A stretch of DNA of 64,000 bases from the human T2T-CHM13v2.0 reference genome, Homo sapiens, in NCBI RefSeq assembly GCF_009914755.1, contig NC_060931.1. The stretch is one strand, 5' to 3'. The translations under genes and the position numbers were made by a program. The stretch's first letter is position 1, and each line of letters begins with the position of its first letter. Under the pieces are notes generated by a model. It saw only the letters and a program-made list of their open reading frames with translations, searched no databases and had not been told where the DNA came from. Positions 12,827-26,025 of this stretch are shown here, one piece after another.

Positions 12827-15603
12827 CTACAAAAAAAAAAAAAAAAAAAAAGCAACCAAGTCATATAACATGCTTATAACAAAAATCTTAAACTGGCAGT
12901 ATAGGAAAAGTACAAATGGTGACAGAATAGAAGGGCCAGCTGACAGAATCTAAAACATCAGTGACAAAATGAGAGAAAAGAGAGAACATTGGTGGGGAAA
13001 TGACTGTTACTTCCAAATGCTTTTACCCTAAGCTATAGGTGGCCTTCCCTCGTACACAGCATGTTCCTCATCATGAAATAACTCTTTAAAATGTAGGTAA
13101 CCTGTTTATCACCCTTACTCTTCTATCCATTCATTTACTTTATTCCATAGCTGACATAAGTTTCTACGCAGCAACTTGCTTTTTCATTTTGAGACTTCCA
13201 CTAACCTCTTCCTTTCCTCCAACAGCACATTTCATTATGCTTTGCACATAGCAATCACAAAAAGGTTATTTTTCAGAAAGAATATATCAAGATTCACATT
13301 TCAATCCTGCTAGTTCATAATATTGGTAGTGGTTCTCGGAGTCTTTTTCAATAACCTGATGTTAGACTACAAGAGCTGTAGCTAAAATGTTTACCCCAGA
13401 GGCTTCTAGGTCCTGATCCATGGGCTCTGAACATCATGATTAAGACAACCTCTGCCTTCAAGGAGAGCAGTCTTTTAAACTCTGCCCTTTTATTCTCTCA
13501 CACTCATTCATTCACCCCCACACAAAGCAAAATATAAGAAAACAGCTGTAACTCAGTCAAACCCCAAAAGCCATTATTATCAAATTTTTATTCTCATTTT
13601 TAAACCAGAGATACCAAATGGGTTAGCCATTCGAAAACAAAATTGGTATGTTCAGTGGAGGAAAACAGAAAAGGAATTCTAAATGCAAACATAAAAATAA
13701 ATCAACTATTTAATAACTAAATGCAGCATTTTTAAAAGAGACTAAAAGTTCCTTTTCTTAAACATATAATCTGCTAAAAGTATTTTTTCTCCTTTAAAAC
13801 AACTTCTGCAATAGGAAGTCTGCTATTAAAGCTGGGGAATCAAAATTAAAGGCGATTGTCCATAGCTATTTCCAGTTAGTAGAAAATCATGTATAATAAC
13901 TCCTTTAGGCTACCCAATTTTATTCTCAAGTATTCTTATGGAAGAGTAGATTAACTTATCTGAAGAAGGAGGCTTAAGAAAATGATTTAAAGGTAAATGT
14001 CTCAAAATAGTTATAAATAACATTTTTTCTTTTTACAACTCTCTTTTTCCATATTCATTTTTATGAGTTGCATCATGATACACTTTAACCAGCCACTTCA
14101 CACACCTGCCTTTCTTACCATCTGTAAAATAATGGCTGCTCCTGCTGGGGATTCCTAAATAATTGGAAAAATAAAGGGGCTCTCAACTCCCCTTAAGAAA
14201 AGCAATATAAAATTCAGAGAATCTAAGCAAATGAAACATCATCATATTGGAGAGATTACTTTCTTAAAATTCTGGTTTAACAAGCATAGAAAACAAATTT
14301 CAAATCCTACTTAATTCCCTAATTTGCTGATTTATTTTGACATTAATACAAATGGATTGCGTTATGTGTGAGCTACTGCACTAGTGAAAGTAGTTGGTTC
14401 CCAGGTGGGAGTGGCGGGCGGTGCTGACACCCTGTACTATGTAATCTTCTTAATCACTTTGAGAGGTAGGTATTGCTATCCTCAAGTTTATAAATGAGGA
14501 AACACTCCAGATTAGAGCTCTTAATTTGCCCAAAAGTCAAACACAACTAGTAAATGGTAAAGTAACACCAGTCAACAAGAGTCAGTTTGGTAAGGGTAAA
14601 AATAATAAAATATGCAAATATATTGTGAGAAGTCAGCTAACCACATGACTTTCAATACATGCAAACTTCTTAAAAATTAAAAAATATACACCACTTTTAA
14701 ATACTTAAAAATGTAGAAATCAAATTTCAAATGCTCTATAGTAAAAGTTTTATTTACAAAGCCTCTTGTTTCACATGGCAGATTGATTCTGTGCCTCTCT
14801 TTCTAATGGAGACAGATGCTTTCAAGTCTGGCTGACTAGGTAAAGATAATAATTAATATTAATAATACTTAGAACCAGAGGGCTTCCAGTGCAGATGAAA
14901 AACCAATAATCAATTCATTCTTTGGCAAGTTGAGATAAAACTATGAAATGTCTTATAAAACCAAAACCCTAATAAAGCAAAATTTACCAGTTTATTATTA
15001 AGATTACAAAAGAGATCCAGTGTCTGCATTCATATACAGCATGAAAAAAAAACCACATTTTTAAAAACACACAGAGGTATCAACTGAAAGCTGATTCTCA
15101 TATAAAAACAGAACTCAGAACTGGGAGGACTACAATTTAGGCAAATTTTGAGACTGGCTTTGTCCATGGTTGTCTGATTTATTTCAGTTGTCACTTCACA
15201 AATGCACTAAGTCTTTATAAATTGGCTCAACTCATCAGGGCTAAATTACATGTGTTTTTAAAAGGTCTACCAACTGACCCTAACCTAACTGCCTTGTGCT
15301 CCATGATGTTCTGGCTCAGGTGGTCTCAGCCAAGCAGGCAATTTCTTATCTCCCAGGCTGTCTCAAACCTTGATCTTTTCCAGTTGCAAGCCACTGGGCA
15401 CTCATCATTTGTCTCTCTTGGAATTACCCACACCATGCTGCCAACTTGTATCTGACTCCTCCTTCAAAGCCATGCTCAACATGTACAGTTGTGTTAAGTA
15501 GGTCGTCAGCCTGCCCAAATACATATCAGCATTCACCTACCTTCCTTTTCTATGACGGCTTTGCTGCTTTTCTCTTTTCCCATGTGTTTACCTCCTTCTC
15601 CTC

Positions 15604-15974
15604 TGATATGTTTTAGATTTCTGTCCCCATGCAAGTCTTATGTTGAATTGTAATCCCCAGTGTTGGAGGTAAGGCCTGGTGGGAGGTGATTAGGTCATGG
15701 GGGCAGATTTCCCCCTTGCTGTTCTTGTGATAGTGAGTTCTCATGAGATCTGGTTTAAAAGTGTGTGGCACCTCCCCCTTCTCTCTCTTCCTCCTGCTCT
15801 GGCCATTTAAGACATGCCTGCTTCCCCTTTTACCATGATTATAAGTTTCCTGAGGTCTTCTCAGCCACGTTTCCTGTACAGCCTACAGAATCGTGAGCCA
15901 ATTAAACTTCTTTCATTTATAAGTTATCTGGTCTCAGGTACTTCTTTATAGGAGTGTGAGAACAGACTAACATA
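15604..15974 (+). mobile_element. MSTA/MSTB-like MaLR solo LTR
   Basis: tgatatg start, gggaggtgattaggtcatggggg, gtgagccaattaaac, gagaacagactaa end. Confidence 0.85.
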
Positions 15975-17819
15975 TCCCCTAAATACTTAACAGCTTTGAC
16001 CATCTTCTGCCTTTATGTGGAAGACACCATGGAAATTTAACATTTTACTGGCAGTTCAGGGCTTTAATCAAGAAAATGTTCTAAAATTAAATTGTGGTGA
16101 CTATACTGAAAACACTGAATTATACTCATTGAATGAATGAATGAATGATATGGTATGAGAACTATATCTCAATAAAGCTGCTTTAAAAAAAGTGTTAAAA
16201 ACAGACTATTAGAAAAATTTTATTTTAAACAAATTCAGAAATCCCTAGTCTCTGAGACATTCCATGTTCTCCCATCTTCCCAATTAAGAAACATAAGCTC
16301 TAAGTACATTTGACTTGCTTAAATCCTGTGCACAGAAAGGCAGATCTAAAAACTGAATCCCTTTATACCCTATTTTTAATATCCTCTATATCTTTGTCCT
16401 GCTATATAATTTAGAAGTACTGTGTTACAGACATTGAGCATTTGGAATAATTTGCAACACTGAAGGTCATTAAAAGGCAAATAAAATATAAGACATTTGA
16501 ATATCAAGCCACTAGCAAAATCTCTGTGATCCGCAGTTCACCTCTTCAGAGATGAAGAAGTTGTATAGCCTAATGCCTCCTTCGAAGAAGGCTCCCTTTT
16601 AAAACATCCTCCCTACCAGGCACTCTTTGAGCATCAGCAGAAAGTTCCCTAATTGAAAAAACATGTCATTCCAGTATTGGGCAGCTCTGTTTGTTAGAAC
16701 ATCACTACATCCCACTGGAATTTACCTTCTCTAAGTTCACCAGAGTTCTTCTTTTCTAAAATTTCCCTTCAAATACTTGAAATACCCTATTAAGGAAATT
16801 CTCACTGAGTACCTACTATGCACAGGACAAAGTACCATGGGAGATTCAAGAATTAGGCAAACTGCTCTGAAAAAGGTTGTAGTCTAATAGTGATAAGACA
16901 GGTTCACAGCTACTATAACGTAAAAACTGAAAAACATGAAGGGGATACAAAGCACTACATTTTGAAACAGACTATTTGAGTTAGAATTCCAGACCTAAGA
17001 CTAGCGATGACTAGCTATGATCATGGGGAAGTTACTTAACCTCATTAAGCCTCAGTTTTCTTATCTGAAAACTGGGTACAGGAATGTCTAAATTACACAA
17101 ATGTTGAAAGAAATTAGAGGCAATGTTTGAATATGTATACACATATATATACACACACATGCACATATGAAGAGAGTACGTTCACAAATATGGAAATGAT
17201 AGCTGCTTGTGGTATTAACACTACCGTTACTGTCTCATCATCATCTTCTCCAAAAGAAACACAAAATGCCATGAGTGCCCAAAGGAAAGATATCAAATCT
17301 CTGTAAGACAAGTAGAAAACATCACAAAGATGATCATGATTTTCCATCCTTTGCTGTCTTTCCTTCTACCTGAAAAAAATATTTCAATCATACTTTATAC
17401 AAAATATCCTGGCCTCTGTCCTCTAGATTCTTCCCCTTTTGTCAAAATTTTCTCATACCGTATGCCAAAGACAGAACACAGCACTCAAAATGTGATAATT
17501 ACTCATTCATTTACTAAGTCTCACTAATTCAACAGACGTTTCACTACCTTCTATGTGCTAGGTACTATACTAGGCTTAGAGATTTTTTTTTTAATGAGTA
17601 AGAACCAGTCCCTGTATACAGGAAGCTGAGAATCTGGTAATGGAAATGATTAAGTATTTATGATAAAGTGATCTTTTAATCTATAATCACTATGTAAGTA
17701 TCAAGAAGGTATGTGCAAATTTCCATGAAAATTCTCAGTATACCAAGACAATCTTGCCAGACCTATTTATGATATTTAAGAGCATATGATTTCTATGAAC
17801 CTGTGAAAAATCATTCTCT

Positions 17820-18180
17820 TTTTATTCTGGTAACTGTAACCATCTTTTTCTCTTTGGGAACTGATCTGTGTGATGCTGAAAGGAACTGAGAATTACAGTT
17901 TGGCCTCCCCAGCTACAGGAATTTGCAGGTGAACTAAGACATCCAATCAAAGTATCCAACACTCCTGGAGAGAATTATTGGTTGGCTATGGGCTCATGAT
18001 TCAAGCAAGGCCAATCAGAGTCTTTTCCGAAGCTTCAGTCAGTGTTTGTAGTATCAAGAGCTGTGAGGATACTAGTGGCTTGGGTGGAGATTACAGTGAG
18101 CATCTTGCAACACCGGAAAGGGCTTGCCTGAGAAGGAAATCAAATTGAGCCAAGAATATTAGCATTACACAGCAAGAGAA
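17820..18180. mobile_element. Old MLT1 (K/L-like) LTR fragment
   Basis: gattcaagcaaggccaatcagag and cttgcctgagaa motifs; highly diverged. Confidence 0.4.
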
Positions 18181-19250
18181 CATCTTAAAATAATTTGTTC
18201 TATATTGACTTCCCAGTTAAATGAGTCAACAGGCTCCTGCCTCCTCCCCTCTCCATTCCTCAGTTTTACATTGGTTTGAGTCAGGGCTCCCATCCAATTT
18301 CTGAAACATATTTTTAAAATTCATTACTAGAGAATGTATAATCATCCCCAAGCACCCATTGAAAGGAAACATGTGAATCATGTCCCACAATAGGAGGGTG
18401 GCGGGGGGAGACAAACACTGCACAGGTTACTCTGCCTCAGTGTAATACCCAAAATAAATAAAATCTTAAGTCTTTTCTGTTTACTAGCTCCCAAACAAAA
18501 ACAACCTTTTCTCCACTCCCTTTTGTAGTGGATATGAGACAACTTTTGTGGATATGATAAACAAATGAGAAACTTACTGTTTTTAACCATGAACAGCTTA
18601 ATTGAAAACTATTCTTTGTATTCTTGTGGGGGAAGGATTTTCCCCACTTTAAATAGCTGTCGCATTTTTTATTTGGTGAGTTAGGTCTTTTAAAGCTTGG
18701 ATTTCCCTGGAAATCTTCTTTGCAAGTAATTATTTTCTCTTTTCTCAGTGCTTTTATATCTGAGAGTTTCTTTCACACAAATAAATTTTGATTTTACTAA
18801 TTTGAGCTCATTGTTCAAACACACTGGAGTCTTTCTGAATCTTAATTATATCATTTTTATCTTTATTGATTCACAAATTGATATACATATTCTTAATGTC
18901 TTTATGAAGTTAATCATTTTTAAATAAAATGTTGAAAATAACTCATCTGACTTATATTCTTCTTTGTGTGAGTTACAGTATGTATAAATGACTTGCTATA
19001 TTTATATTCCTATGGCAAATATGTATATAAATATATCAAATATATATATATACAATACTATACTCCAAGTTGATATTGATTTATCAAATCAAACATTTTA
19101 TGTATGATTCTTCAATTAGTCATATATCCACTTAACCATATCATTTAGTCTACAATTCTTTATCTTATCCATAAGGAAATCATGAGATGCTCTGTCAAAT
19201 ATCCTGCTAACATTAAAACACATCTTCTCTTAACTCTTGCCCAGTGTCAC

Positions 19251-19805
19251 TGTTACCTACATAATATAGCTGAATTTCCACCCTGCCCTAATTCTGCTTA
19301 TCTTTAAGAAACAGGATGCCTGTGATAAAAAGTTCCCTTTGTAACCAGACCAGCTGAGACTGGTTAGAACCAAGATAGATGACCAAATGACTTTAAGGAT
19401 CTCAGGTTTCGTTATAATCTCACAATTTTATTTCCATACTAAGTGGCACTCCCACCAGTGCCATGACAATGGCCATGACAATGGCCCAAAGAAGCCATAA
19501 AAGGACAAAAAGGAAGGCAGCACTCTAGTTCCAGGATGTTTACCGCCGATTTCTGGAAAACACATAAATATTCCTCCCCTTGCTTTTCATGTCCAACCCC
19601 TTCATTAGAGAAATCCTATATTTTAACTCCCTCACCCCTCACTAATAGAGAAATTGATTTTTGAGCCATGCTCCCACTTCTCAATTCCATGACCCTCGAA
19701 TAAAGCTTGCATTGCTTGACATTCACTTTCAGCTTCATGTATTTGTTTCATGACACTCAACAGGGAAAGATTCCATCTTCTAGGGGACTAGGTTTGTTGG
19801 TAAAA
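19251..19805 (+). mobile_element. MER41/MER4-group ERV1 solo LTR
   Basis: tgttacc start, cactcccaccagtgccatgaca, ctggaaaa...cctccccttg, AATAAA at ~19699. Confidence 0.65.
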
Positions 19806-20329
19806 TCCCTGATCAGTATTCTTTTGAGTTCAAACATCAAACACTGAATTTGTATATGTGCTTGTGTGCACCTATATAAGTGTACCTCATTTTATGTAAG
19901 AAGTGGGCACTAATTGTTTTAAACAAAACATACATAAAAATTTCAACTCAGTACTTAAGATAATTTTGTAGTGAATGTTTATTGAGAAGTGAATATTCTT
20001 TAATTTATCTATGTTATACATCTCTGTTTTGCATATACTAAGCTTTAATTCAAGTAAGCCACATTTAGGAAACCTCATTTATTTACCACCGGGAACAATG
20101 TCATATAAAAATGTGTTGTCTCCTTGAGACTTTCATAACCTAAGCATGGGCCAAGAATACCTAGTAATTCTCCATGTTTGTTTACTTCTCTGCATCTGTA
20201 TAGTGCCTTACACAACTTGATATGTAGTAAGCCCCACAAATATCTGGTGAGAGAATGCCTTACTGTATACATTAGAAGATTTAAATCCTTGTATCTCTTC
20301 ACCCAATTCAACCTGGTTTCCATGTTTTA

Positions 20330-21440
20330 AAATGGCTCTTTAAAGCCACCATTTAATTCAATGTTGCCAAATCCAATGGATACTTTTCAGCCCTCATCTA
20401 GGGTGACTGTTCAGGAGTATCAGCCTTCTTAACCACTCTAATTTCTGCAAATACTCTATGGCAGTAACTCCCTTGGTTTCTCCCACTTCTCCAGCCATTT
20501 TCCTCAGGCACCATCCCTGTTCATCTCTCCTAGCATTAGCTTACTTCTAAGCCCACTCTATGATCTCCCTGCAAACTTTTACCCAACCCCAAGGCTTTAA
20601 TTGCCAGCTATTTGCTATAATTCTCAGATTCACATAGCTAGCCCAGATGCTCTACTGAGCTCCAGACTGATGTACATAATGGCCCTTCCAATATCTCCTC
20701 TTGCCCCATCTCACAACTTGGTCAAAACTGTACTCATGGTCTTTCCTTCCTCGCCTCCAGACCTTCTCTCTAACCAAATAGTACCTCTACCAACCCACCT
20801 TTAACACTTTCCTCCCCCTCCATCTTATCAACCATCACATTTTGTGAATTTTACTTCCTATTTCTCTAATCCATATTCTTCTGTCTATTCCCTTTACCAT
20901 CATTCACTTCCTTCTTCTCTCACCGGGAGAAGGGCATTATGAGACTTCTAAGTGTTCATTCATATCCTCTCTAGTCCCCTTCTAATCTTGTATATAAAAC
21001 ACTGCCAAAGGGATCTATATGAAGTATAAATCCAATCACATTGCATCACTCTGATACCAAAAAACTTGCAGTGATTTCTAAATGCTCTTAGGACAAAGGC
21101 CAAAATTCCTAATATGGCCCTATGAAACCATGCCTTTTCTAGCAATAGCTTATGTCATTAACTGCACCTAATGCAATCCCTTGCCCACATCCCCACATTC
21201 TAGTCACACATCCTTTTAGTTCTTCAAATACACTATGCTCCTTCCCATGTCAGGTCTTCACCATCCCGCTCCCTCTATCAAAAATGCTCTCCTTCCTTGG
21301 CCTTGCCCAGTTTTAAAAACAGACTGAGGCCTTCCCAGACTGGGTAAGAACCTCATAAAATTCAAACTTCTCTGCTGTAGCACTAATCCCAATTGGAAAT
21401 AATAATTCATTTTATTTGATTGACTGTTTATCTCTTCCTC
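20330..21440. mobile_element. L2 LINE fragments
   Basis: gttgccaaatccaatgga, ctgagctccagact, aggacaaaggccaaa typical L2 motifs. Confidence 0.6.
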
Positions 21441-21452
21441 TAGAGTCTAGAC

Positions 21453-21618
21453 CAGTGGTTCTCTAAGTGCTGAGATCCTGGACCAGCAGAATCAGAATTA
21501 CCCGGGACCTTCCTGGAAATGTAAATTTTCAGGCCTTCCTCCAGACCTACTAGATTAGAAAATCTGGGACAGGGCCTTCCAGGTGAGACTGATGAACACT
21601 AATGTTTGACAGCCACTG
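21453..21618. mobile_element. MER5A
   Basis: TIRs cagtggttctc ... gacagccactg. Confidence 0.8.
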
Positions 21619-22115
21619 CTCTACATCTATGGAGAAATTTACGTTTTTCTTCTATCCTTAGCTCTGCCCTCCTTACCCAGTATTCTGTAAATAACCAGTG
21701 CTCAGTAAAGATTTACTAAAAGTATGAATGAGCAAGCCATTCCACATTTTTCATGATGTTTATAAGAATCTCTTAATTAGGATTAGAATAATTTCAATTA
21801 CCAATTAAAATTTTCCTGAAAAACTTCCCCCACAGGCAGAAAGAAATCTAAGCAATCTATTTTAAACTAAGATTCAAAATAAATACAGAAAACTTGTAAC
21901 ACTCCTATGTCATGTCGATGGTAATGTTTGGAATCTATATGCCTCAATAGCTGATTTCCTTGTCAATCAACTCGATCCTCTCCAAGTAGGGCAAAATAAG
22001 ATCAAAGAGAACATAACAGGACAGAGAGAACCAAAACATAGTCATTGAACAACCCGAGAAACATCATTAAACCACTGGCAAATCACCAGGCTATTCTCAG
22101 CAAGAATAAAATATC

Positions 22116-22292
22116 TATTTATGTATTTATATAAAGAGACAGGTCTTGTTACACTGCCCAGGCTGGAGTACAGTGGCTATTCACAGGTGCCATCATGGCA
22201 CACTGCAGCCTCAAATTCCTGCCCTCAAGCAATCCTCATGCCTCAGCCTCCTAAGTAGCTGAGACTACAGGTGCATGCCACTTTACCCCACT
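22116..22292 (-). mobile_element. FAM (fossil Alu monomer)
   Basis: Monomer retaining 7SL-derived gtggctattcacagg segment. Confidence 0.8.
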
Positions 22293-24035
22293 AAAATGCC
22301 ATTTTAAAAGATGAAACCAAACAAATGAAAATGTTACCACAAAAAATTTCAAATTCACATATGCAATCTAAAGTTCATTACATATATTATTTCACTAAGT
22401 CCCCATTGCTTTACTTCTGAAGCTAGAAACATTTATCTTGAAATGTCTTAAATCACTTTTCTTAAAAAAACACTGAGTTTATAAAGTACTAGCACATTGT
22501 TTTCTTCTATACCAAGAACATGTTCAAATTTCACTCAGACACAACAGAAAAACATAATTTGTGTGTATGTGTGTACACCGCATGCCTGTGCATACACCCA
22601 TATACATATATGTGTCTATGCATATGTGCGTATTCTGCATATACATTTAATATACGGTCTTGCATCCATTAGGCCCAGGTCAAACAGATTTTGTCACACT
22701 ACTTACTGCCATTATACTCATGGATGTAATTAACTAATAAAAATACAGCTTTTGCATATTTTCATTGTAGATAAGACGAGATCCTATTTTACATTAGATC
22801 CCATTCCTTTAACCCTCAGTAACGATGAACTGATTATTACATAAAATAAACTAAATTGACTTTTGCCTTACTTATTAATAAGGCAGGTTTAGCCAAGAAA
22901 AGTTTATCTAAACAAACATAATCCAAATTACTTTTCAATTCACCTTAATGGTACCTCTCTGCATATATTTTCTAAAAAATAGCCCTTATTTGGCATTATG
23001 ATAGGACTATCAGGACCTTACTTTACAACTCCTTGTCAGTTAACAGCTGTTAGTTTGAGTTACTGTTCTTACTGAAAGTAATAGTTGTACTTCTTATCAT
23101 TGCAATTTGCCACTAATTTAAACTAGAATGTACTTGCTCTTAACAATTCAAAGTAATATTCCTTAAAAAAACTTAAGGACCTAAGATAATATTAATATAA
23201 CAATCTAGATTAGAATCTAGGGATGCAAAAACAAGAGAAGAAAGTAATAAATTCCCTGACATCTATATATGCTTTCCAAACTAAGTCAAGAAAATAAATG
23301 TCATTATTTCAAAGATGCAAACATAAAGAAGCAACGCTCCATAGCAGCCACTTTGATCTCAGTTTCCTCTCACTGACACAGGCTGCTGTAGGCTAATTCT
23401 TTAATTAAGAGGAGAGCAGGTCAACTGCAGAGCTCATGTGTGCATTTTTCCTCTGGCTATGTGCCATTTATATGGTACTTACTTGCATTTTCTCAATGCA
23501 ATTACACAGTAATCTGCCATAACCGAATAGCCCATGGCTGCATGGTTTTTACTGACAAAACATACTGAGTAACCAAATAATTAAAGAGAAGTTATAAGAA
23601 CTTTCCATCCTGTGAGTCACACTACACATTTTAAGGCTGTGCTCTCTCTCATGTTATTACTTCTGGAAAAAATGTAACTGTTAAAAGTAGCAGTAATTTA
23701 TTGAGCACTATGTGACAGGCACTGGGCTAGGAACTTTACATTAAATATCTTGAATGTTCTTATAGCAGCTTTATAAAGTAGGTGCCAATATCATCCATAT
23801 TATACAAATAAAAAAATTGAGGCCTAGAGACATCAAATAAGTTGCCCACAGGACTTAATGGTATATGTGAAATTCAAAGCCAGGAAGGCAGACTTCAAAC
23901 CCTAAACTCTAAAATTTCCTCTTTACACTTACATACGTGTGTCATAAATATCTCTCACGAACAAATTAGAGTCTGCTCAAATTGGAAAGAAGGTTGCAAA
24001 AATATGGGATGGAGTTGATGCAACACTGCTGGTAC

Positions 24036-24124
24036 CTTTCCTTCTTCATCACATGGAGTATGGATCTGGAAATAGTCTTTTGTGGTACAGGGAGGGCGCT
24101 CTGTACACTCACTGGATCCTTCCT
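24036..24124 (-). CDS. ELAPOR2: ELAPOR2 exon 8, 89 nt: (E)EGSSECTERPPCTTKDYFQIHTPCDEEGK
   Basis: Not in ORF track; read by hand: ttgcag|AG ... AAG|gtacca; phase 1->0. Confidence 0.95.
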
Positions 24125-24717
24125 CTGCAACATAAAAAAAGCGTTTCAGAAATGGGTCAATTATTTTGCAACTCTAAGAAAAGGCAAAAAAGCAAAACAG
24201 AAAAAGCAACTAAAAAGTACAAATAAACTTACCAGGGCAATTTAGGTAGAACTACCTAGGTCTAAAGAAAATAAATGCCTACATTTTTATTTTCCCTAGA
24301 GCAATAAGTGTTTCTATGATACACATGGAGTAGTATATCACAGTTTTTCCCAGAAGATATTAGATTTCTTCCATCATCACTATACATTGGAAATTTGGAA
24401 CAAATTAAAAGTTTCTATATACGTCTCTACACCAACAAATCATGTAAAAGTATAAACATTTTTAGATTAGTATAAACATATCCATAGCAGCTACCTGTGG
24501 GGTGTGGAATAGAAAAACAAATCACAGACCTATACTGGGGAAAGTCATGCAGAAACGGATAAGATGTCATATTTTATCCATTCAACATCAATTCACTCCA
24601 GCACTTTGGTTTCAGGCACCACTGCTGTCATACTTTATGGGTGACTTCTGGTTTATAAATGTACACTTGACCAACATACATTTAGAAAGAAAAAAGCAGA
24701 GTATAAACTAGTTCTAC

Positions 24718-24870
24718 CTGAAAATTGAGAGTCGTCTTTACACCTTATACATTCTTTGGCTCCTTTCTCAGAATAGGTGTTTCTGGGACACACCTGGCAG
24801 TTGAATGAACCTGGTTTGTTGCTGAATGTGCCTGGCTTGCAAGGAAAACATTCTGATGTGTACGCCACCC
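24718..24870 (-). CDS. ELAPOR2: ELAPOR2 exon 7, 153 nt: [50 protein letters not shown] (CxxCxxGxF/Y Cys-rich repeats)
   Basis: gcacag|GG ... CAG|gtagaa; phase 1->1. Confidence 0.96.
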
Positions 24871-25919
24871 CTGTGCAGTAATGAAAAACAGAGCATGGGA
24901 GGGGGACCCAATACCAATAAGCAAATCAGCACCTACTTCTGCTTCTACCCAGAAGTGAGGGAGATATATGAACAGTAAGGTCAGCCCAAATCTTTTATCT
25001 TATTCATCCAGCACTAAGAAAGCATTTATTGTGTACAAGGAACTGCACAATCAAGTCAGCAAACAAATAAGAGATGAAGATTTCATAGAGGTATAATACT
25101 TGTATTAACTGAGCAGTCAAAAGACAACTCCACTAACTCAAAAATGAGATAAACCCTAAGGTTCCCTCCAATTCTATAGGGCTATAATTATCTGATCCTT
25201 ATGGTAACCTGTTCCCTTTTTTTTCCACTGCTTATTAAGTCACAGGTAAGACCTAGGAATGGCTTGACTTCTCCTCTGGTTTGTAATTCCAGTCTTTGCC
25301 AGCAGATGTCCTAGTGACTAATGAGTTAACACATTGTTCACAGGAACAAGCCCACAATGAACATATTAAAACGTAAGCCAAAGTTTAATAAAGGAGAATC
25401 ACTGCTTTAATGAAAAATACTCCTAATTGAGAATGAACCATGCCAGGGTTCACCGACTGCTCTCCTGGGCCAGAAATTACCCGGTTGGCTCAGAGAAGCA
25501 TAAAAGGTTTAGGAAAGAGTCAGGTCAAGATGTTTATTGTTATTTTTATGGATATAGCAGTGACTAGGTCATCAGTTCCCTGGTAAGCCCAATGTCTGGC
25601 ACAACAGACATTTCTTGGAGGAATAATGGGGTCTTATTAACACAGAGACATTTTGTTTTTGTTTACAGACATCTAAAATTGTCATCATGTTTACTTTTTT
25701 TGCAATGATTAAATAATTTAGTTCAAGGGTACAAGAAAAAAAGAAAACAACTGTCGATTTCTTGGGAGTAAAACCAGGGTCTCCAGACCTATATGATTCC
25801 CTAACATATTAATTTCTGTTCTATAAATCTTTGAGCCAGCCAAACCAAAACTTTAATAAATATTTTAACTAACTGTAAGATGTGACTGGTGACTACTAAA
25901 ACAGAATGCCATGAAATAC

Positions 25920-26025
25920 CTTCAATTGTGATATTTTTTACCAGCACAGGCTTGACCGCCTTAGAACCCATAAGGATGCCTGTAGTTCTCCAGTAGAGTA
26001 TGTTTGTGCCTGATTTCAGCATTAC
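25920..26025 (-). CDS. ELAPOR2: ELAPOR2 exon 6, 106 nt: VMLKSGTNILYWRTTGILMGSKAVKPVLVKNITIE(G)
   Basis: ttatag|GTA ... AAG|gtattt; phase 0->1. Confidence 0.96.

Noticed and set aside
22116-22292. 7SL RNA gene or pseudogene
   Set aside because: Lacks the S domain; matches a FAM monomer
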